Part shown: piece by piece, positions 19,954 to 30,648 of the stretch | How the letters are laid out: every line of letters begins with the position of its first letter | Position numbering within the stretch: the first letter of the stretch is position 1 | Assembly (NCBI GenBank): GCA_913009875.1 | Contig: CAJVYS010000003.1 | Location: forward strand, 13,528 to 77,527 | Direction: 5' to 3' | From: an uncultured Gammaproteobacteria bacterium | GTDB lineage: Bacteria; Pseudomonadota; Gammaproteobacteria; SZUA-152 | Length of the DNA: 64,000 bases | Notes under the pieces: model-generated | Databases searched by the model: none | What the model was told of the DNA's origin: nothing | Seen by the model: the letters and a program-made list of their open reading frames with translations, nothing else | Made by a program: the position numbers and the translations under genes

Positions 19954-21437
19954 CCAAACAACTCGCGCAGATGGGGAAACAGGTCGCTGGCCAGCAGGCC
20001 GTGCTGTCCGGCTGCGGCGGCACGGTCAGCGGCCGCGGCGTGCAGACAGACGCCCCGTCGTGCCGCTTCATCACACGCCAGCCCCTGGGCCATCAGCGCC
20101 GCGATCACTCCCGTGAGCACGTCGCCCATGCCGCCACTGGCCATGCCGGGATTGCCGGCGCTGCAGAGACTGACATCGCCGGCACTGTCGACGATCAACG
20201 TGCCTGCACCCTTCAGCACCACCACACCCCCATATTTCTGCTGCAAGGCACGGGCGGCGGCGAGGCGGTCGGCCTGTATTTCCGAGGTGGTCTGGCCCAG
20301 CAACCGCGCTGCCTCACCGGGGTGCGGGGTGAGCACCCACTGCGCCCGTCGTGCTGGCTCGGCGGCCAGCAGATTGAGGGCATCGGCATCCACCACCAAC
20401 GGCAGACGGCTGGCCAGCGCGGCACCCAGCAGCTGCCGGCCCCAGGCACCCTGCCCCAGCCCGGGGCCGATGGCCAGCACCGTGGCGCGGTGCAACAGGG
20501 ATTTCAACGCTATGGCATCACCAACGCCGTGGCACATGAGTTCAGGCCGCGCGGCGCTGATGGCCGCCACGTGTTCCGGACGTGTAACCAGACTCACCAG
20601 GCCCGCGCCGCAGCGCAGCGCCGCCTCGCCTGCCAGCCGCGCCGCGCCGGACATGCTGTGATCGCCGCCGACCACCAGCACGTGGCCGAAGTCACCCTTG
20701 TGGGCGCAGGCACGGCGCGGCGGCAGGTACGCCCCAGCCTCCGGCGGCGCCAGGCGAGTCGCGGCCGGGATCAACCGCGCATAAATCTTCGGTGGCACAT
20801 CGAGATCATTGAACAGCACCTCAGCGCAGTAGTCCGGCCCCTGTCCGGTGAACAGGCCCAGCTTGAGCCCGATAAAAGTCACGCAGACCTGCGCCCGCAC
20901 CGCCGCGCCCAGCACCGCACCGGTGTCGGCGTGCAGGCCGGAGGGGATGTCTAACGCCAGCACGCCACAACCACTTTCGCCGGCCGCATTGACGGCCTCG
21001 ATAGCCTCGCGCCAGGAGCCGCTCACCTCGCCGCTGAGGCCGGTACCGAGCAGGCCGTCCACCAGCACATCGACCGCAGACAGATCCTGCCCGACAAAGG
21101 CCTCGGCACGCAGGCCGGCGGCCTCCATCTGCTGCCGGGCACTCAAGGCATCGCCACGGGTGCGGCCAGCGTCGCCCACCTGCCACACGTCCACCCGCAG
21201 CCCCGCCGCCTGTGCCAGACTCGCCAGCACGAAGCCATCGCCGCCGTTGTTGCCGCTGCCGCACAGCACGCCGATGTGGCGCGCACGCGGCCAACGCTGG
21301 CGCAGGGCCTCGAAAGCGGCGCGGCCTGCGCGCTGCATCAAAGTCAGGCCGGGGATGCCCAGCTCGTCGATGGCGATGCGATCCAGTTCACGCACCTGTT
21401 CGGCACGGTAAAGACTGTGGGGCAGGGGTTTCATCAC
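19950..21437 (-). CDS. nnr: bifunctional NAD(P)H-hydrate repair enzyme Nnr (epimerase/dehydratase, YjeF)
   Basis: YjeF N-terminal and C-terminal carbohydrate-kinase-like domains (…GPGLG…, GDVLTG…). Confidence 0.85.
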   Translation of the reverse strand: MMKPLPHSLYRAEQVRELDRIAIDELGIPGLTLMQRAGRAAFEALRQRWPRARHIGVLCGSGNNGGDGFVLASLAQAAGLRVDVWQVGDAGRTRGDALSARQQMEAAGLRAEAFVGQDLSAVDVLVDGLLGTGLSGEVSGSWREAIEAVNAAGESGCGVLALDIPSGLHADTGAVLGAAVRAQVCVTFIGLKLGLFTGQGPDYCAEVLFNDLDVPPKIYARLIPAATRLAPPEAGAYLPPRRACAHKGDFGHVLVVGGDHSMSGAARLAGEAALRCGAGLVSLVTRPEHVAAISAARPELMCHGVGDAIALKSLLHRATVLAIGPGLGQGAWGRQLLGAALASRLPLVVDADALNLLAAEPARRAQWVLTPHPGEAARLLGQTTSEIQADRLAAARALQQKYGGVVVLKGAGTLIVDSAGDVSLCSAGNPGMASGGMGDVLTGVIAALMAQGLACDEAARRGVCLHAAAADRAAAAGQHGLLASDLFPHLRELFG

Positions 21438-21452
21438 GCTATCATAGCCGCT

Positions 21453-22529
21453 ATGAATGAATCACAGAACCAGGCGGCCGACTGGCAACAACTCGCCGAC
21501 GACATCAAACGGTGGGGCCGCGAGCTGGGCCTGCAGAAGGTGGGCATCAGCGACATCCAGCTGTCAGCCGCCGAGGCGCGGCATTTCGAACGCCTGGCCA
21601 AGGGCTACCACGGCGAAATGGGCTACATGGCCAGCCACGGCCACAAGCGCACGCGCCCCGCCGAGCTGGTGCCGGGCACCCTCAGCATCATCAGCGTGCG
21701 CATGGATTACCTGCCCGCCGCGGGCGCCGATCCGGAGGCGGTGCTGAGCGACCCGAACAAGGCCTACATTTCACGTTATGCCCTGGGACGCGATTATCAC
21801 AAAGTATTGCGAAAACGTTTACAGAAACTCGCCACACGCATCGAGCAGCACATCGGCGACTTCGGCTACCGGGTGTTCACCGACAGCGCCCCGGTGCTGG
21901 AAAGGCCCATCGCCGAAAAGGCCGGCCTGGGCTGGATCGGCAAGCACAGCAACCTGCTCGCCGAGCACACCGGCTCGTGGTTCTTTCTCGGCGAGATCTA
22001 CACCGACCTGCCGTTGCCGGTGGACACGCCCGTGGCACCGCACTGTGGCACCTGCACCGCCTGCATCGATGTCTGCCCCACCCGCGCCATCGTCGCGCCC
22101 TATGAGGTGGACGCCCGCCTGTGCATCTCCTACCTCACCATCGAACTGCACGGCGCCATCCCCGTGAAACTGCGCCCGCTGCTGGGCAACCGCATCTACG
22201 GCTGTGACGACTGCCAGCTATTCTGCCCGTGGAACCGCTTCGCCCAGCCCAGCCCGGAGGTGGATTTTCTGCCCCGCCACACGCTGGACGACAGCACGCT
22301 GATCGAGCTGTTTGGCTGGGACGAAGAAACCTTCCTGCAACGCACCGAAGGCAGCCCCATCCGCCGTATCGGCCATCAGCGCTGGCTGCGCAACATCGCC
22401 GTGGCGTTGGGCAATGCACCCTCATCCGAGGCAACGATTGCCGCCCTGCGCAGTCGACTGAATCACCCTTCAGCACTGGTTCGAGAACATGTGCAATGGG
22501 CGCTGGAGAGACAACAGGTACAGCCCTGA
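21453..22529 (+). CDS. queG: epoxyqueuosine reductase QueG
   Basis: 4Fe-4S motifs CGTCTACIDVCP and CDDCQLFCPWN. Cobalamin-binding region. Divergent from nnr as in the enterobacterial yjeS-yjeF arrangement. Confidence 0.85.
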   Translation: MNESQNQAADWQQLADDIKRWGRELGLQKVGISDIQLSAAEARHFERLAKGYHGEMGYMASHGHKRTRPAELVPGTLSIISVRMDYLPAAGADPEAVLSDPNKAYISRYALGRDYHKVLRKRLQKLATRIEQHIGDFGYRVFTDSAPVLERPIAEKAGLGWIGKHSNLLAEHTGSWFFLGEIYTDLPLPVDTPVAPHCGTCTACIDVCPTRAIVAPYEVDARLCISYLTIELHGAIPVKLRPLLGNRIYGCDDCQLFCPWNRFAQPSPEVDFLPRHTLDDSTLIELFGWDEETFLQRTEGSPIRRIGHQRWLRNIAVALGNAPSSEATIAALRSRLNHPSALVREHVQWALERQQVQP

Positions 22530-22711
22530 GCCAGTCGGCCCTGCGCACACCATTTTCCCCCGCCAGCCCTCGGCACAGGCGCATTCCACCCATGCCTTGA
22601 CCTCCATCAAATGCTTCCCCCTATCGTCTTGCTAGTCTGATTTTCCGGTTCACCGCACCGCTGTTTGTCTCGCACAAACATCCGTCCATTCAGTCAAGAG
22701 CGAGGTCTGAT

Positions 22712-23941
22712 TTGAACAACATAGCCACCAACCCCAAACTGGCGCAACTCCAGGCTATCTTTCATGCCCTCTGCAACGGCGGTGACGCAGAGGCATTGAT
22801 CAAGGCATTCGATGCAGAATGCGAAAGTCTTGCCCAGGAAGACATCACCTGGGTCCTGCAGAAAATCAATGAACAAGGCATGGCGTATCAAAACAACCCC
22901 AGGGTGAAGACATTCTACTACGACGTGGTGGAGCCAAAGCTGTCGGTTGGCATCATCAACGGTTTTCCACCGGGGCATCCGGTGCGCGTCTATCTCGAAG
23001 AGAACCGCATGCTGCGCTCCCTGTTCGCCCGCATCAGCAAACTCGATCCCGAGCAGGACAGCGACGATTTCCGGATTCTGTTCAGTGATATCTGCAAGGT
23101 GGAGAAACATTACCAGCGCAAGGAAAACCAGCTATTCCCCTGCCTGGAAAGACATGGCTGGGACGGCCCCAGCAAGAATATGTGGGCCTTTCACGACGAG
23201 ATCCGCGCGATGCTCAAACAGATTCGCCTGGCCCTGGAAGAAGGCCGGCTGGAAAAGGTCGGCGTCAACTTCTCCCTGCTCAAGGACGAAATGCTGCGTC
23301 TGATCTCAGTCGAGGAGGAGCGGCTGCTGCCCAATGCGCTGAAGCTGCTGGAAGAATCGGAATGGCAGGCCATGCGCACCGGCGACGAAGAGATCGGCTG
23401 GATGCTGGATATTACTCCACCGCCCTATCCCGTCCCCTCGGAAAAGGGAGAAGAGGAGAAAGAGGATGCGGAGAAAAACTACGTCCATCCTTCACAGGCC
23501 AAACCGGATGAAAATCCGAGCTTCGCCACCGACGACCAATTCCACTACGACGAAGGCTACATGACCCCGCAGCAGGTAAATCTCATCTTCCGCACCCTGC
23601 CGCTGGACATCACCTATGTGGACGAAAATGACCGCGTGGTGTTCTACAACCGCGGCGACGAGCGCCTCTTCCCGCGCAGCGCCGGCGTCATCGGGCGCGA
23701 GGTGCGCTACTGTCATCCGCCAAAATCCGTCGACACCGTGCTGCGCATTCTCGAGGAATTCAGGAAAGGCACGCGCGACGTGGCCGATTTCAGAATCAAC
23801 TTCAAGGGAAGGCTGGTGCAGATCCGCTACTTTGCCGTGCGGGACGAAGACAGAACCTACCGCGGTGTACTGGAGATGTCCCAGGACATCACCGACATTA
23901 AGACTCTGGAGGGGGAACAGCGTCTGCTGGATTGGGACTGA
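22712..23941 (+). CDS. DUF438/hemerythrin-like/PAS domain protein (TTG start as in ORF track; the first in-frame ATG is much further in)
   Basis: DUF438 architecture (N-terminal DUF438, HHE hemerythrin-like region, C-terminal PAS-like RYCHPPKS... FRINFKGRLVQIRYFAV). Confidence 0.6.
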   Translation: MNNIATNPKLAQLQAIFHALCNGGDAEALIKAFDAECESLAQEDITWVLQKINEQGMAYQNNPRVKTFYYDVVEPKLSVGIINGFPPGHPVRVYLEENRMLRSLFARISKLDPEQDSDDFRILFSDICKVEKHYQRKENQLFPCLERHGWDGPSKNMWAFHDEIRAMLKQIRLALEEGRLEKVGVNFSLLKDEMLRLISVEEERLLPNALKLLEESEWQAMRTGDEEIGWMLDITPPPYPVPSEKGEEEKEDAEKNYVHPSQAKPDENPSFATDDQFHYDEGYMTPQQVNLIFRTLPLDITYVDENDRVVFYNRGDERLFPRSAGVIGREVRYCHPPKSVDTVLRILEEFRKGTRDVADFRINFKGRLVQIRYFAVRDEDRTYRGVLEMSQDITDIKTLEGEQRLLDWD

Positions 23942-23970
23942 GCGCGGAAGTTCTGGAGACACGATCAAGA

Positions 23971-24045
23971 TAGTCTGGATGGAACGCAGCGTAATCCGGT
24001 AAGTGTGACGCCGCCCCGGATTCCACTGCGCTTCTTCCAGGCTAC
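23971..24045. repeat. family-2 palindromic element (divergent copy)
   Basis: tagtctggatggaacgcagcgtaatccgg ... ccggattccactgcgcttcttccaggctac. Confidence 0.65.
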
Positions 24046-24219
24046 TCGCTACGTCGGTTGCAGGGATGTTACAACACGAGACCCCGTTTCCCTGATCAAC
24101 AAAAAAACTGGCCTGGCGGTTGTTGCCTCGTTGAACCACATGCTGTGGCACCCCAGCCATGCTCAATCTTGGGAGTCTTGCCATTGCTTTACTCTATGCT
24201 TTGCTCTCTTTTGTCTAGC

Positions 24220-24315
24220 ATATCCCTGCATAGGTGCGGAATCAATTACTCTGACCCCATTGATTTCATATCCCTGCATAGGTGCGGAATCAATTACTCT
24301 GACCCCATTGATTTC
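24220..24315. repeat. perfect 48-bp tandem duplication (atatccctgcataggtgcggaatcaattactctgaccccattgatttc x2) in an AT-rich spacer
   Basis: Read directly. Two identical adjacent copies in a ~550-bp low-GC stretch immediately upstream of the truncated RND gene. Confidence 0.9.
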
Positions 24316-24624
24316 TGGCCAACTCAAGAATAATTCCAGGAAAAAGAAAAAGGCAAGACTTGACCCCGCGCCTGGTTCCGATCCTGCGTATAAAAGCAGA
24401 TAGAAAGAAGCAGATAAAAGGGCTCTGACCCCTTTTATCCCGCTTTTATCCCGTTCACAAGATATATGGGCACTGGGGATTTTCCGAGCTTAGCTGATCC
24501 CCAAAAAAAACTGAAACCGAAAAAGATATTTTCAATACCGCTTCACCACTCCTCAATCAACGGGCTTGTCCAACAGACGGTTCAGATTGTGGTTCGTTCC
24601 TCACACAATCTAACCTTATTCGTT

Positions 24625-26811
24625 ATGTTCCCGCCAGCCCTGGCCGTCTCGGAGGAGGTGGACAAGGCTCTGGCGCAACTGCGCCTGCCGCCGGATACCC
24701 GTCTGGAGAAGTTCTACGACCAGGCCGAGATCATCGGCTTGGCCTATCGCAACATGCGCAACAATCTGCTGGTGGGGGCGCTGCTGGCGATTATTGCCGT
24801 GGTCTGGGTGCTAGGCCGCAACCGCGCCAGCCTGGTGATCGCCGCCAGTTTCCCGCTGGTGGTGCTGGCCACCTTCGCCGCCATGGGCGTCTTCGATCTG
24901 GGCCTGAACCTGATGACCCTCGGCGCGTTGACGGTGGCCATCGGCCTGATCGATGACGATGCCGTGGTGGTGATGGAAAATATCGACCGCCACCGGGCAA
25001 TGGGCAAGACGCCGCGGCATGCTGCGCTGGACGGTACCCGCGAAGTGCTGGCCGCGGACGTCGCCGGCACCCTGACCGTGCTGGCGGCCTTCGTGCCGCT
25101 GGTGCTGGTGACCGGTCTGGCGGGTCGCCTGTTTCAACCCTTCGGCCTCACCTTTGGTTTTATTTTGCTGTTTTCCCTGTTGGTCTCACTGACACTGATT
25201 CCGCTGGCGTCGGTCTATTGGGCGCCGCACAAGCGGACGAATGCACCCCACATGACCGCCGGGGCACGCTGGATCCACTGGCTGGGCGTGTGGAATCTGC
25301 GTCTGCTGGACAAGCTGCTTCGGCATCGGGGCAAGACCCTGTCCGTCACCGCGTTGTTGCTTGTTGCCAGCCTGGCGCTGCTGATCTTCAACCCGGCGCG
25401 CCTGTTGCCGCTGCTGGATGAAGGCAGTTTGCTGTTGAGCTATCAGCTGGCACCGGGTACCTCCTTGTCCGAAAGCAACCGCGTGGGTGATGAGCTGGAG
25501 GCACGCCTGCTGGCAATGCCGGCGGTCAAGGCAGTCTTCCGCCGTACCGGCTCTCCCGAGTCATCTTTTTATATCGAAGGGCCGGATGAAGGTGAACTGG
25601 TGGTTCGACTGGACAAGAAAAAGGCACCGGATCCCTTGGCGGTGAAGGCCGACATCGACCGCCTGTTGGCCGGGACACCGGGCGTTATCGGCCGGGTCAA
25701 CGAGCCGACCACGGAGAAACTGGACGAATCCTTTTCCGGCCTGCCGGCCCTGTTCGGCATCACCCTTTATGGCAACGATCTGCAACAACTCTACGCCGCC
25801 GCGGCCAAAGTGGAAGCGGCGGCGGGAAAGGTCGCGGGATTGGCCAATGTCGTCAATAACACCAAAATTCCGGTGGACCAGATCCGCGTAGCCATCGACC
25901 GCACGGCACTGGCCCGTTTTGACGTCAGCGCGCAAACCGTGGCGCAGGCTGTGCGCACCGCCATGCAAGGTGATCGCATCGGCCAGGTGATTATTGAGCA
26001 GCAGCCCGTCGATATCATTCTGCGCTACGCCAATGCTCGGCGCGACAGCCTGAGCGCACTCAAGCAGGTACAGATACCCGGCCCCGCCGGTCGGCTGATT
26101 CCACTGTCACAACTTGCGCGTATCGACACCCTGTCGAGCTACCCCATCATCGAGCACCAGCACGGCTTGCGGGCGCTGACGCTGACCGCCGAGATCGATG
26201 GCAATCCTTATGCCGTGATGCGCAGTCTGGACCAGGCATTGACCGCGCTACAACTGCCCGAGACTGTGCAGTGGGGTTACACGGGTGAATATGGTCAACT
26301 GATGAAAACGGGCGGACAGGTTCTGTGGGTGCTGCTGGCCTCGGCCTTGTTGGTCTACGGCATCATCGCCATCCAGCTCGGCAACCTGCTGGACCCGGCG
26401 GTGGTGCTGGCCAAGCTGCCGCTGGATTTCATGGGTGCGGCGCTGGCGCTGTTCATCACCCGCCAACACCTTGACCTCACCGTGGCCATCGGTTTTATCA
26501 CCCTCATCGGGGTGGCGACCAACAATGGCATCATGCTACTCACCTTTACCCGCAACTTTCGCCGTCAGGGTTTGGATGCCGTGGCGGCCATACGCGAGGC
26601 GGTGCGCCTGCGCACCCGCCCCATGCTACTGACCCATCTGACCACGCTGTTAGCCCTGATCCCCGCGGTCCTGGGGTTGGGAGAGGGGCCGCAACTGCTG
26701 CAACCGCTGGGCATTATGCTGTTCGGCGGCCTCACGGCGGGCACACTCCTGACGCTGAATCTGTTACCGGTGATTTATGTCGCAACTGAACGCTGGCGGC
26801 GGGCATCGTGA
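24625..26811 (+). pseudogene. 5'-truncated RND efflux permease (CzcA/AcrB superfamily) lacking the N-terminal ~300 residues
   Basis: Homology begins abruptly at ...PPALAVSEEVDK..., the PN2/TM2 region (GALLAIIAVVWVLGRNRASLVIAASFPL...GLIDDDAVVVMENIDRH), and continues to the normal C-terminus. The remaining length (~730 aa) is short of a ~1030-aa RND protein. The ORF's first 53 codons come from the AT-rich scar. Confidence 0.7.
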
Positions 26812-26896
26812 CTTAGGCAGTCTGGGTTGAGTACAGAGAACCCTGGGAGTTTGTCGTACCAATTATCCTGAGTTCCACTGTGTACAAGCCAAGCCT

Positions 26897-27220
26897 CTAA
26901 TCGTGAATGATAATGCGCCGGGTATCTGTCTGAATATCCACAACCTGGCCGGCCTCATGGGCAATTTCTGCCAGTTCAGCCAAGGCCGGCTCATTGTTTT
27001 CCTCTGCCAGAGTCTTCAGCGTATTTTCCGCATGACAATCGATGTGGTGTGTGGCCGCATCACCGGCTTCGCAGCCACAGGCCGGAGCATCAATCGCCAG
27101 CACGAAATCTTCCGGCATTTGCAGGATCACCGGCTCGGCATGGTGAACCTGCGCAATAGCCTTTTTGGCACTGATCGGGCCCTCCCAGTGGAGGGTGGGC
27201 ATATTGCTGTAATCACGCAT
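26897..27220 (-). CDS. hypothetical Cys/His-rich small protein (putative metal-binding: APACGCEAGDAATHHIDCH)
   Basis: 107-aa ORF with clustered C-x-C ... HH ... C-H. No family assignment made. Confidence 0.35.
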   Translation of the reverse strand: MRDYSNMPTLHWEGPISAKKAIAQVHHAEPVILQMPEDFVLAIDAPACGCEAGDAATHHIDCHAENTLKTLAEENNEPALAELAEIAHEAGQVVDIQTDTRRIIIHD

Positions 27221-27523
27221 GGTTGTCTCCCTTGTATGGCTGTCTGGATGTTGTTGGCCTATTACCCTGCATCAATATAGATCATGTTCCGTCGCCATGC
27301 GCAGCGAGGCAGCAAAGCGCCGCATGCGTGTGGTCTGTTTTTTTCAAAAAACTGATCAGGAACATCAGGTATCCCTGAACACGGCAAATTAGCTAGCCGG
27401 GACAACAATAACTGCCCGGAATGCTGCCTTAATAAAAATGTTCTGACTGCAACTTGGGTTACTGAAGCCTGAAACGACTTGCACTAAGGTACCCGGAGTC
27501 TCGCAAATATTGAGGATGACGCC

Positions 27524-27871
27524 GTGGGTATAGCACGCAAGAAGCTTGATCAAGTCGCAGAACTGACACGTCGCCTGAGCAAGGATTATCCAGCGGAGAC
27601 CCGCGCCTTTCTCGGCTTCCTGCAGACGGCCGAGCAGGGAAAGGCGCTGGATTTACGCATCAAGGAACTGATTAATGTTGGTTTGGCGGTGGCTGGGCAA
27701 TGTGAGTGGTGCATCGCCTTCCATGTCGAGCAGGCAGTCAAGGCCGGCGCCAGTCGCGATGAAGTGGTGGAAGCCGGTTTCATGGCGGTGGTGATGCATG
27801 GTGGGCCGGCCTACATGTACATGACACCACTCTTCGAGGCTGTGGATGAGTTTTATCAGAGTTCAGGGTAG
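27524..27871 (+). CDS. carboxymuconolactone decarboxylase / AhpD-like family protein
   Basis: AhpD-like motif CEWCIAFHVEQA. GTG start with RBS tgaggatgacgccGTG. Confidence 0.7.
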   Translation: MGIARKKLDQVAELTRRLSKDYPAETRAFLGFLQTAEQGKALDLRIKELINVGLAVAGQCEWCIAFHVEQAVKAGASRDEVVEAGFMAVVMHGGPAYMYMTPLFEAVDEFYQSSG

Positions 27872-27886
27872 CCCCCGGCTGAGGCA

Positions 27887-28534
27887 GTGAATACTTATCG
27901 GCCTTATTCCTCGCTGCCACCGGTTGTACTGGCTCTGCTGGTCATCAATGGTGGGATGTTTCTTCTGGAACATTCTGCTGCCAATCGGCTGATTGACCTG
28001 CTTGCGCTTTGGCCTGTGGCGGTACCTGTTTCACCATTGCTGGGCATGATGCCACCTTCGTTTGAACCATGGCAGCTGGTGAGCTATTCATTCTTGCACG
28101 GCAGCATCATGCACCTGCTGCTGAACATGTATGCCTTGTGGCTGTTCGGTACGCGTATGGAGAATGTCTGGGGCTCGAAGGTCTTTGCCCTTTACTACTT
28201 TGTCTGCGTCATGGGTGCGGGTTTGGTGCAACTGTATGTTGCCAGTCAAGCAGCGAAGCAGGGTGGTGTCTATCCGACGATCGGTGCCTCTGGTGGTGTG
28301 TTTGGCTTGTTGCTGGCCTTTGGTATGACCTTTCCTAACGAGCGGCTGATGCTTATTTTTCCGCCAATTGTGCTGAAGGCGAAATGGTTTGTACTGATTT
28401 ACGGCGCCATCGAGTTATGGGCTGGTGTTACTGGTACGGAAGCGGGCGTGGCACACTTTGCCCACTTAGGCGGTATGTTTTTTGGCCTTGCGTTGCTGCT
28501 TTACTGGCGTCGCTATCCGCCGGGGTTTCGTTGA
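27887..28534 (+). CDS. rhomboid family intramembrane serine protease
   Basis: Catalytic GASGGVFGLL (Ser) and HLGGMFFG (His). Six TM segments. HLLLNMYALWLFG motif. Confidence 0.85.
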   Translation: MNTYRPYSSLPPVVLALLVINGGMFLLEHSAANRLIDLLALWPVAVPVSPLLGMMPPSFEPWQLVSYSFLHGSIMHLLLNMYALWLFGTRMENVWGSKVFALYYFVCVMGAGLVQLYVASQAAKQGGVYPTIGASGGVFGLLLAFGMTFPNERLMLIFPPIVLKAKWFVLIYGAIELWAGVTGTEAGVAHFAHLGGMFFGLALLLYWRRYPPGFR

Positions 28535-28600
28535 ATGTGTAGCGCCGTGAGCTGCACGGATAAAACTCGTTGGCGAAGTTGAGATGGAGGAAACAGGTAC

Positions 28601-29656
28601 ATGGAATCGGGCTTATTAAAGAAGATGCTGCGCGACATGCTGCTGGCGCGGGCCTTCGAAGAGCGGGCGGCGCAGGAATACGCTCAGGGCAACATCGCCG
28701 GTTTTCTACATCTCTATCCGGGCGAGGAGGCGGTGGGCGTGGGTGTACTGCATGCAGCGGAGCCCGCCGATTATGTTGTCTCCACTTACCGGGAACATGT
28801 CCACGCCCTGGTGCGTGGCGTGCCGGCCCGGATGGTGATGGCCGAGCTGTTCGGCCGCAAGACCGGTTGCAGCGGCGGCCTGGGCGGCTCCATGCATCTG
28901 TTTGACCGTGAGCGCCGCTTCATGGGCGGCTATGCCATCGTTGGCGAGACCTTTCCCATCGCCATCGGTATCGGCTACGCCATCGCCATGCGTGAACTGC
29001 CCGAGGCGGTAATTTGTTTCTTTGGCGATGGCGCTGTAAACCAGGGAACCTTCCATGAAAGTCTCAACATGGCGGCGCTGTGGAAACTGCCAGTGCTGTT
29101 CGTGTGCGAGAACAACCATTACCAGATAGGTACCGAGATTCACCGCCACTCAGCGGTTGCCGAGGTTTACAAGCGTGCCTGTGGATATCGTATTCCGGCC
29201 CGCCGGGTTAACGGCATGGATGTGTTGGCCGTGCATCGTGCGACCGAAGAGGCCCTGGCGCAAATCCGTGCTGGTAATGGCCCACAATTCATCGAATGCG
29301 AGACCTACCGTTTCCGTGGTCACTCCATGGCCGATCCCGGCAGTTACCGTCCCAAGGTGGAACTGCAGGCCTACGAGAGTACCGAGGATCCGGTGAAGAT
29401 CGCCATCGCCGAGACTGTGACCGCCTATCCCACGGCGGAGCAGATTGCAGCCGTGGGCTCGGACAATATCGCCAGCCTGACAGGCAGTCTGCGCAGTGGC
29501 GGACATTTTCCACCTGAACATCTCGACGCCATGCAGGCGGAAATCGCCGCTGAGGTGGAGGCGGCCGTGCATTTCGCCAGTGAAAGCCCCGAGCCCACGC
29601 TGGCGGATGCGCAGGCGGCATTGGATTGCAATCGACAGGGGGAGGTGCTGGTCTGA
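28601..29656 (+). CDS. thiamine-diphosphate-dependent 2-oxo-acid (pyruvate/acetoin) dehydrogenase E1 component, alpha subunit
   Basis: TPP-binding GDGAVNQG...ENN motif. Heterotetrameric E1alpha family. Confidence 0.85.
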   Translation: MESGLLKKMLRDMLLARAFEERAAQEYAQGNIAGFLHLYPGEEAVGVGVLHAAEPADYVVSTYREHVHALVRGVPARMVMAELFGRKTGCSGGLGGSMHLFDRERRFMGGYAIVGETFPIAIGIGYAIAMRELPEAVICFFGDGAVNQGTFHESLNMAALWKLPVLFVCENNHYQIGTEIHRHSAVAEVYKRACGYRIPARRVNGMDVLAVHRATEEALAQIRAGNGPQFIECETYRFRGHSMADPGSYRPKVELQAYESTEDPVKIAIAETVTAYPTAEQIAAVGSDNIASLTGSLRSGGHFPPEHLDAMQAEIAAEVEAAVHFASESPEPTLADAQAALDCNRQGEVLV

Positions 29657-30636
29657 TGGCGGAACAGGTTTTTTACTGGCAGGCGCTCAACCGCGCCTTG
29701 GATGCCGAGATGGCGGTGGATGATTCAGTCGTCGTGCTGGGTGAGGACGTGGGACTCTACGGTGGCAGTTATCGGGTCACCGAAGGGCTGCATGCCAAAT
29801 ACGGTGAGTGGCGCTTGCGCGATATGCCTATCTCCGAAGGCAGTTTTACCGGTCTCGGCGTCGGCGCGGCAATGGTCGGCCTACGTCCGGTGGTGGAAAT
29901 CATGACCATCAACTTCGCGTTACTCGCCCTGGACGCCATCATCAATATGGCGGCCAAGATCCCCTTCATGTCCGGCGGACAGTTTTCCATGCCACTGGTA
30001 GTGCGCATGCCCGGCGGGGTGGCCAAACAGCTCGCCGCTCAGCATTCGCAGCGACTGGAGCAAACCCTGATGAATGTGCCGGGTCTGCGCATCGCCGTGC
30101 CAGCAACACCGCAGGATGCCTACTGGCAGTTACGCCAGGCGATCAATAGTGATGAACCGATTGTGCTGCTGGAGCATGAACTGCTTTATTTCAGTAAAGG
30201 CGAGCTGGACGAATCACGGCAAGCGCCTCCCATGCACCGCGCCCAAGTGTGTCGACAGGGTGGTGACCTCACCATCGTCACCTATTCGCGGATGTGCGAT
30301 CTTGCCTTGCAAGCGGCGACGCAACTCGCCGAAACGGGCATCGAGGCAGAAGTCATCGATTTGCGCAGCCTGCGCCCCATTGACTGGGACAGCTGTGTGG
30401 TATCGCTGGAAAAAACCCATCGTCTGCTGATCGTGGAAGAGGATTCAGGTTTCTCCGGCGCGGGTGCCGAGATCGCCGCGGGCCTTGCCGAACGTTGTTT
30501 CCTGATCATGGATGCGCCGCCGCGACGCGTGGCGGGAAGGGAGCTGCCCATTGCCTATAACGCCGCTCTGGAAGCTGCCAGTATTCCTCGGGTCACCGAT
30601 GTCGTCAGTGCCGCCCAACAACTGTGTAATCCCTGA
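29656..30636 (+). CDS. 2-oxo-acid dehydrogenase E1 component, beta subunit
   Basis: Transketolase-like pyrimidine-binding and C-terminal domains. ATG overlaps the alpha-subunit stop. Confidence 0.85.
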   Translation: MAEQVFYWQALNRALDAEMAVDDSVVVLGEDVGLYGGSYRVTEGLHAKYGEWRLRDMPISEGSFTGLGVGAAMVGLRPVVEIMTINFALLALDAIINMAAKIPFMSGGQFSMPLVVRMPGGVAKQLAAQHSQRLEQTLMNVPGLRIAVPATPQDAYWQLRQAINSDEPIVLLEHELLYFSKGELDESRQAPPMHRAQVCRQGGDLTIVTYSRMCDLALQAATQLAETGIEAEVIDLRSLRPIDWDSCVVSLEKTHRLLIVEEDSGFSGAGAEIAAGLAERCFLIMDAPPRRVAGRELPIAYNAALEAASIPRVTDVVSAAQQLCNP

Positions 30637-30648
30637 GGAGTCATCGCC

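Noticed and set aside
19447-20661. 404-aa plus-strand ORF and several other 150-500-aa ORFs antisense to nnr/tsaE
   Set aside because: They lie fully inside and opposite the well-supported nnr and tsaE genes. Pro/Ala/Arg-rich low-complexity translations are typical of GC-rich antisense frames.
23492-24184. 230-aa minus-strand ORF
   Set aside because: Antisense to the 3' end of the DUF438 gene and running through a palindromic element. No features.
24220-24315. Possible CRISPR-like repeat
   Set aside because: Only two identical 48-bp copies directly abutting with no spacer, and no cas genes. This is a tandem duplication, not a CRISPR array.
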